Source: Octopus vulgaris
Taxonomy: Eukaryota
Direction: 5' to 3'
Length of the DNA: 64,000 nt
NCBI GenBank assembly: GCA_951406725.2
Contig: OX597814.1
Coordinates: 33,480,001 to 33,544,000 of the forward strand
Shown here one piece after another: positions 56,221-64,000 of the stretch (positions are counted from its first letter, which is position 1; every line of letters begins with the position of its first letter). The translations under genes were made by a program, and so were the position numbers. The notes below the pieces were generated by a model. That model ran no database searches. It was not told the origin of the DNA and was given only the letters and a program-made list of their open reading frames with translations.

Positions 56221-56593
56221 GAGTTGCATGTGTGGTGGGATGTAAGTATATATATATAGGTATGGATGTATGAATAGATATTTGTATATATTATATATAT
56301 ATATATATATCAATCAGGAGCAAATACTCAGGATCGAATATTTATATAGATATTAATATTGCTATTATTATCGAAGGCAATATAAATAGTTGATAATAAA
56401 AACAACATTAATATAGGCGGTTACAGGCCTAAAATAGCTTTATATGTGTCCTTATGATTGATATAATTTTAATGCTATAGCTATATAATGCTATTTTAGG
56501 CTTGCAACCACCTATATTAATGTTGCTGTTATTATTAACTATTTATATTGCCTTCGATAATAATAGCAATTTCAATATATATACTTACCACAC

Positions 56594-57005
56594 AGCAGGA
56601 GTGGCTGTGTGGTAAGTAGCTTGCTAACCAGCCACATGGTTCCGGGTTCAGTCCCACTGCGTGGCATCTTGGGCAAGTGTCTTCTGCTATAGCCCCGGGC
56701 CGACCAATGCCTTGTGAGTGGATTTGGTAGATGGAAACTGAAAGAAGCCTGTCGTATATATGTATATGTATATATATGTATGTGTGTGTTTGTGTGTCTG
56801 TGTTTGTCCCCCTAGCATTGCTTGACAACCGATGCTGGTGTGTTTACGTCCCCGTCACTTAGCGGTTCGGCAAAAGAGACCGATAGAATAAGTACTGGGC
56901 TTACAAAGAATAAGTCCCGGGGTCGATTTGTTCGACTAAAGGCGGTGCTCCAGCATGGCCGCAGTCAAATGACTGAAACAAGTAAAAGAGTAAAAAGAGT
57001 AAAGA

Positions 57006-57006
<1 letters not shown>
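56594..57006 (+). mobile_element. SINE family A, full length
   Basis: Consensus match; preceded by a 13-bp inverted copy of its own head. Confidence 0.92.
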
Positions 57007-57052
<46 letters not shown>

Positions 57053-57177
57053 CGCCTGAATATTTGCTCCTGATTGGTATTTTTCCCACTGAGGCTGTCC
57101 TGATTTTGGCGCAAAACAATTCAGGACGCCAGCAAACATCAACGTAGCCGGTTGAGAAAATTTTTCAAATGGTTGGT

Positions 57178-57228
57178 ATGTGCTGATGAAGGTAAGTTTG
57201 CTATAGCAAACCAGAAACCGGTCCACGT
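57178..57228 (+). ncRNA. Type I hammerhead ribozyme
   Basis: atgtg CTGATGA a GGT..gtttgc tata gcaaac..ACC a GAAA CCGG TC cacgt; GUC cleavage site. Confidence 0.75.
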
Positions 57229-57428
57229 CTATACTAATACCTAAAAATATATAGCTTTATGCTATATAGGTATGTGAAGGATTTTTTCGATCCGTTCGCC
57301 CGAGTACTGTTGATTCTGTTATTATTTTTTTCACTGTTATCTTTTGCCTGTTTGAACGAGGGTTTTAACTCTTATCTCTAGCAGACAGACACAGTCGCGT
57401 GTCCTTATGTTTGATATAACTGTGTGTG

Positions 57429-57477
<49 letters not shown>

Positions 57478-57565
57478 TTCGAGACAAAACCACTATTTTG
57501 CAAATCAAACAAGGAAAGACTTAATCAATACATAAAAAATTTTGGATTTATTCCCTAATATTTAT

Positions 57566-57616
<51 letters not shown>

Positions 57617-57835
57617 AAGAGGCTTCCAAATAGGAAAGCGTTGTGCTAGAACACAAAAAGGGATAAATTCACGAATGGAATGAAAATTAAAAACTTTTAC
57701 CATCTCAGCTATTTCCCAGACGGACGGTTTCTAACTATTTCCAGCAAAAAAGTATTTGCTGAAGGCCAGTTTCTTCAGTGGGACAGCCTTAATAATCCTG
57801 ACATACAGACTGCTAGATCCACTTGTAGATCTAAC

Positions 57836-58400
57836 GGTTTAGCCCCTTGTGGGCAGTAAATAAATAGGTATTTCGTCTGCCGTTACGTTCTGAGTTCAAA
57901 TTCCGCCGGGGTCGATTTCGCCATTCATCCTTTCGGGGTCGATTAAATAAGTACCAGTTACGCACTGGAGTCGATATAATCGACTTAATCCGTTTGTCTG
58001 TCCTTGTTCGTCCATTCTGTGTGTAACCCCTTGTGGGCATTAAAGAAATAAGAATCGTTAGCACACCTGGGCAAAATGCTTAGTGACATTTCGTTCGCCT
58101 TCACATTCCGAGTTCGAATTCCGCCGGGGTCGATTTCGCCATTCATCCTTTCGGGGTCGATTAAATAAGTACCAGTTATGCACTGGAGTCGATGTAATCG
58201 ACTTAATCCGTTTGTCTGTCCTTGTTTGTCCATTCTGTGTGTAACCCCTTGTGGGCATTAAAGAAATAAGAATCGTTAGCACACCTGGGCAAAATGCTTA
58301 GTGACATTTCGTTCGCCTTCACATTCCGAGTTCGAATTCCGCCCAGGTCCCCTTTGCGTTTCACACTTTCGGGGGTCGATAAAATAACTACCGGTTGAAC
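57836..58400 (+). repeat. Head-to-tail array of family C SINE units (about 227 bp period)
   Basis: aagaaataagaatcgttagcacacctgggc recurs at about 58044 and 58261. Confidence 0.85.
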
Positions 58401-58611
58401 GCCGGTTTCTTCTGCTGTCATTCTTAATATTATCCCTTTTTTTACTGCCATTGCATCTGCTGTTGCAGTTATTATCCTTATTGCTATAATTGTTGCGATT
58501 ATTAGGGCAGCCGTTGGCGTTGCTGTTGCTAACGGGTCTTTCATTCTTACTGTTAATGCCGTTGTTGTTGCTAATCCTGTTGATACTGCTACTACTGTTA
58601 ATGATATTTAT

Positions 58612-58829
58612 TACTCTTTACTCTTTTTACTCTTTTACTTGTTTTCAGTCATTTGACTGCGGCCATGCTAGAGCACCGCCTTTAGTCGAGCAAATCGACC
58701 CCCCGGACTTATTTTTTGTAAGCCCAGTACTTATTCTATCGGCCTCTTTTGCCGAACCGCTAAGTGACGGGGACGTAAACACACCAGCATCGGTTGTCAA
58801 GCAATGCTAGGGGGACAAACACACAAACA

Positions 58830-58901
<72 letters not shown>

Positions 58902-58937
58902 GTGGATTTGGTAGACAGAAACTGAAAGAAGCCTGTC

Positions 58938-59000
<63 letters not shown>

Positions 59001-59166
59001 TAAGACAGGCTTCTTTCAGTTTCTGTCTACCAAATCCACTCACAAGGCATTGGTCGGCCCGGACCTATAGCAGAAGACACTTGCCCAAGATGCCACGCAG
59101 TGGGACTGAACCCGGAACCATGTGGCTGGTTAGCAAGCTACTTACCACACAGCCACTCCTGCGCCT
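58612..59166 (-). mobile_element. SINE family A with an internal inverted duplication
   Basis: 58901-58938 mirrors 59003-59040 across (TA)n. Confidence 0.85.
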
Positions 59167-59679
59167 GATGTTGTCACTTATTATTACTGTTATTATTGTT
59201 GCTGCTGTTGTTGGTTTTGTTGTTTTTTTATTGCTGATTTATTGTTATTTTTTTCTCTGATGTTGTTGTTTACTTTTTTATTTCTGATGTTGTTGCAGTT
59301 GTTATTGCTGCTGAAGTGTTTCTTGTAACTGTTGTCATTGTTAATGCTGCTGCTTCTGCTGCTACTGCTCTTTTTACTCTTAATGTATTTACCGTTAGTC
59401 TTGTTATGGCTGCTGCTGCTACTGCTGCTGCTGCTACTGCTATTGTTCTTATCACTGCTGTTGTTGATGTTTTGTTGTTGTTATCGTAGATCAATGTTGT
59501 TACTGCTGCTTCTGTTGTTGTTGTTGTTGTTGTTGTTGTCATTGCTATCGTTGTTATTGTTGTCTTTTTTGTTATTGTCATTGCTGTTGTTGTTGTTGTT
59601 ATTGTTGTTGTCGTCGTCGTTGTTGTTGTTGTTGTTGTTGTTGTTGTTGCTGCTGCTGCTGCTGTTGTTGTTGTTGTTC

Positions 59680-59849
59680 TTAATGTTGTCACTGAAGTTA
59701 TTATTATTGTTGTTGTTGCTGTTGTTGTTATTATTGCTGTTGCCGTCGCTGCTGTTGCTACTGCTGTTTGTTGTTGTTGTTGTTGTTGTTGTTGTTGATC
59801 CTAATGTTGTCACTGATGTTATTATTATTATTGTTATTATTGTTGCTGC

Positions 59850-59880
<31 letters not shown>

Positions 59881-59939
59881 GATCTTAATGTTGTCACTGA
59901 TGTTATTATTATTATTATTATTGTTATTATTGTTGCTGC

Positions 59940-59970
<31 letters not shown>

Positions 59971-60170
59971 GATCTTAATGTTGTCACTGATGTTATTATT
60001 ATTATTATTGTTATTATTGTTATTATTGTTGCTGTTGTTGTTGTTGTTGTTGTTGTTGATCTTAATGTTGTCACTGATGTTATTATTATTATTATTGTTA
60101 TTATTGTTGCTGCTGCTGTTGTTGTTGTTGATCTTAATGTTGTCACTGATGTTATTATTATTATTCTTAT
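59680..60170. repeat. Minisatellite of compound microsatellite units
   Basis: gatcttaatgttgtcactgatg(tta)n..(ttg)n, 5-6 copies with a period of about 70-110 bp. Confidence 0.85.
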
Positions 60171-60256
60171 TATTGTTGCTTATGTTGTTGTTTTTGTTGT
60201 TTTTTTATTGCTGATTTTAACGTTGTAACTGTCATTATTATTGCCGCTGCTGCTAC

Positions 60257-60303
<47 letters not shown>

Positions 60304-60579
60304 TTGCCCTTAATGTCATTGTATTTACTTTTGTCGTTGCACTTAATGTTGTCACTGCTATTATTGTATTTGTTATTGTTGTTACTATTATCACCATTTA
60401 CATTGTTTTGTACGTTGTATTTTTGTTTATTTGTTGCTATACCAGATTGTTTTACTAAGACCAAACCACCGTACCGTCCAATTCACCACTCTAAGATATT
60501 TTCCAACGCCATTGTTACATTCCATTAGTCGCTTCTATTCAGTACCCCCCACGGCTATTTGGGTTAATTAGAAAACTAT

Positions 60580-60629
60580 AATTGTTTGCTGTCGTTGTTG
60601 TTATTGCTGCTGCCGTTGATAATGTTCGA

Positions 60630-60668
<39 letters not shown>

Positions 60669-61012
60669 ACAACCGCTGCTGCTGCTGCAGATAATGATGA
60701 TGACGATGGTGTTGTTGTTGTTTTTGTTGTCTGTTGGCGGTCTTAGTGTCTATGTTTTTGTTGTCATCGCTGTTCCTATTGCTGCTGACGTTGCCACTGC
60801 TACTGCAGCTGCAGCCTCTATTGTTGCGTCTGCTGCTGCTGCCTATACTATTGCCTTTACTGCTGCCTTTACTACTCGTGTTATTGTTACTGTTGTCTGC
60901 CATCGTATAAGTTACCGGTGTTAGTCTTGTTCTTCTTTTCCTTGGTTGCTTGCTTTTTGTCCTTTTTTGTTATTGTTCTGTAATTATTGTAGTTCTGTTG
61001 TTGTTGTTGTGG

Positions 61013-61065
<53 letters not shown>

Positions 61066-61701
61066 GAGAGTTAATTCTTTTGCTGGTATCATTGCTTTCA
61101 CCATTATCATCCTCTTCATCATTTCGTTGTCGCCGTCGTTGTCATTATCATCATCATCATCATCATCGTCGTCGTCTTCACCACAACCATCACCATCGTT
61201 CCAACTACCACTACCTTAATGACGACGACCACCACCACCATCATCACCATCATCGTAGTTGTGGTCACCACCACCACCACCACCATCATCACAACTAACC
61301 AGCAACAAAAACAACAACAACAAAACCTTCGTCATCATCATTATCGTCATCATCATTATCGTCACCATCATCATTGTTGCCACTATCACCACCACCACCA
61401 CCACCACGTCACAAGCTCCACCCCTAACACTACCACCACCAACAACAACAACAACATGCCTACCACCATCATCTTCATCGTAGTCGTCATCATCATCACC
61501 ATCATCATCATCATCCTCCACCTCATCATTATCATCATCATCATCGTCATTGACATTATTGCTACTATATTTTTGTCGTTATCTCATTCAGTTTTGTTGT
61601 TGTTGTTATTGTTGCTGTTTGTGTTTTATTGTCTCTTGTCTGCTTGTATCTCAAAGAGATGCAATTATATTCATTGTTTGTCTGTTTAACGTTGTTGTTC
61701 T

Positions 61702-61732
<31 letters not shown>

Positions 61733-62310
61733 GGTGGGGAAGAACAAATAAAGACAACAATGATAATAAAGGTGATGGACGACGATGATGAAGAAAGTTT
61801 TGTTGTTGTTATTGTTGTTGTTGTTGTTGTTGTTGCTGCTGCTGCTGCTGCTGCTGGTAATGATGATGACGAGGAGGAGAATGTTGTGGTGATGGTGGTG
61901 GTGATGGTGGTGGTGGTGGTGGTGGTGGTGGTGGTGGTGGTGGTAGTGGTGATGGTGGTAGTGACAGACAGACAGACAGACAGGTGGTGGTGGTGGTGGT
62001 GTTGGTGGTGACAATGGTGGTGACAGTGGTGGTGGTGGTGGTGATGGTGGTATTGGTGGTGATGGTGGTGGTGACGATGAATATTATGATGAATATGATG
62101 ATGATGGTGGTGGTGGTGGTGACGATGAATATTATGATGAATATGATGATGATGGGTGGCGGTGGTGGTGGTGGTGGTCTCGGAAGTAGTGATAGGGGCG
62201 GTGTTGGTAGTGGTGGTGATGATGACGATGGTTGTTGAAGTGGTGGTGGGGAGGCTGTGTTGATGATGATGAGGAGGATGAGGATGAGGCTGACAATGAC
62301 GACGATGGTG
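60580..62310. repeat. Extended trinucleotide low-complexity region (CTG, TTG, CAT/CAC then GAT/GGT)
   Basis: Homopolymeric translations in all frames. Confidence 0.85.
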
Positions 62311-62742
62311 ATAAATCAGACTAACCACTATCCTCGACCACACCCCCAAAGTCCGGTTTCCACTTTCTTTCACGCTCCATACTGCGACCCAACCACTTCA
62401 GTTTTCCAACCTGGGAACCTCTTCTATCAATGTAGGCTTTTGATTTTTGATTTCCACTTACATTCTCATATTTCTATAGTACTGCGTTGTTTGCAAGGAA
62501 TTGTGTTGTGCCTGAATATATGCATGTTTATGCACAAATGCATACCTGTAGGTATATATGCATATATCTCTGTATGTATGTATGTATGTATGCATATATC
62601 CCTGTATGTATGTATGTATGTATGTATGTATGTATGTATGTATGTATGTATGTATGTATGTATGTATGTATGTATGTATGTATGTATGTATGTATGGATA
62701 GGTATATTATGTAGGTATGTATGTATGGATAAATAGATAGAC

Positions 62743-62779
<37 letters not shown>

Positions 62780-62784
62780 GGTAG

Positions 62785-62915
62785 ATGTGTTTCTTTATTG
62801 GCCACACAGGGCTAAACGCAGAGGGGACAAAATACAAAGTATAGCTTGGGGGGGGGAGAAAAAAAAAACGAAAAAAGGAAAAATGGGTGAGTAGAATTTC
62901 GATCAAAAGAGATCG
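62785..62915 (-). mobile_element. Short 3' end of the GATA-associated LINE
   Basis: gtttctttattggccacacaggg...; GACA/GATA arrays on both sides. Confidence 0.8.
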
Positions 62916-62941
62916 TAGATAGATAGATAGACGATAGATAA

Positions 62942-62998
<57 letters not shown>

Positions 62999-63004
62999 CA
63001 GGAC

Positions 63005-63041
<37 letters not shown>

Positions 63042-64000
63042 GGTAGGTAGTTAGGTAGGTTTGCATGTATGTATGTATGTATTATATTTAAATGATAAAC
63101 TTCTGGAAAGTTTTATAGTTCCATAATGAATTGGATCTGTAGTCTTCAAATTAGCTTTCTGCTTTTTGGTTTTGGGAAGCCTAATTTCTCAAGATTGGTA
63201 TTTAGGCAATGTGTTGTATGTATGTATGTATGTATGTATGTATGTATGTATGTATGTATGTATGTATGTATGTATGTCAGGACACTGGTCATTCCTAGTG
63301 CAATTGGTAACATGTAATCCAATACCATTTGTCCCATGATCGTGAAGCCGCAACCATACCAGCATTATAATTTTAAAAAATATATAAGTAAATAAGAAAT
63401 AAATAAATGATCGACAAAATCCCTTAAGACGCACCCCAGCATGGCCGCAGCCCACTGTCTGAAACCAGTTAAGGAGTAACAGAAATACTATAGTAAGAAT
63501 TTGTTTCAATCTAGATCGGAAGCTTCCATCACTGAGACATAGGTTAATTTCGATACCCAATTTTAAACACCTGATGAATATTCTGCCCACAAAACTTCAA
63601 CAAGATGTGGAAATAAATGAGTTTTTCTTGTTATATTTTCTAAACCCATGGGGGTACTCTCACTCATAAATTATTAAACAAACAAAAGAATCGCTAGTTA
63701 ATGAAACCCTCGTTTAGCCTATTAGAAATAACAGTAAAATCACCCTCGAAATATAACCTACCTTCTAAGAAAAAAAACCACCTGACAATATGGTCTTTAG
63801 TGGTGTGTATGAGAGTAAGCGGAGATGGTCATAGATGGAAAATATTTGACCATAGGTCTGCTCAATCAAGGCCAACAAGAGGCGTAAAGAACATCAAAAA
63901 TATTTACTAGTAAGCCTAAACACAATCAGTTGACCGCGTATACATAAATGTCAAATCTCGCTCGTTTAGACTGCCATATTCTTGATAACGACTGACCATG

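Larger units (their letters stand above)
56311..57419. mobile_element. Fold-back HHR element interrupted by a family A SINE
   Basis: Left arm 56311-56438 vs right arm 56490-56582 plus 57049-57076; direct repeat 56446-56466 / 57399-57419 (20/21). Confidence 0.8.

Noticed and set aside
59680-60170. CRISPR-like recurrence of gatcttaatgttgtcactgatg
   Set aside because: The spacers are near-identical microsatellites, the context is eukaryotic and no cas genes are present
59270-62373. Poly-L/T/V/H ORFs up to 298 aa
   Set aside because: Trinucleotide repeats open on both strands; no exon evidence

Overview
Repeat-dense, AT-rich eukaryotic non-coding DNA. The SINE types, the dense (TA)n/(GATA)n/(CA)n microsatellites and the TE mix fit an octopus (coleoid) genome; this is an inference. 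No intact host CDS is supported. Almost all ORF-track entries are microsatellite translations, and the real protein-like ORFs are decayed transposon genes: mariner, Tc1, maT-like, Helitron, Tx1-like, CR1-like, HERO-like and Penelope-like (PLE). Three tRNA-derived SINE families are abundant. The most notable signal is about ten fold-back (inverted-repeat) structures, several carrying minimal type-I hammerhead ribozymes (HHR). Three families with no evident mutual sequence similarity (6.8-7.6, 32.5-33.3 and 56.3-57.4 kb) share one architecture: an inverted partial copy, then a 460-500 nt non-coding HHR-containing unit bounded by an ~20 nt terminal redundancy. This suggests retrozyme-like or non-autonomous PLE RNAs. 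A further family combines an internal tRNA-like Pol III module with an HHR. Also present: a LINE found mostly inside (GATA)n arrays, a SINE-LINE pair with a shared 3' tail, a SINE>piggyBac>mariner nest, and a weak candidate start-codon exon (ATG CGG GAG|GTAAGC). All alignments and folds were done by eye, so coordinates are approximate to a few bases.
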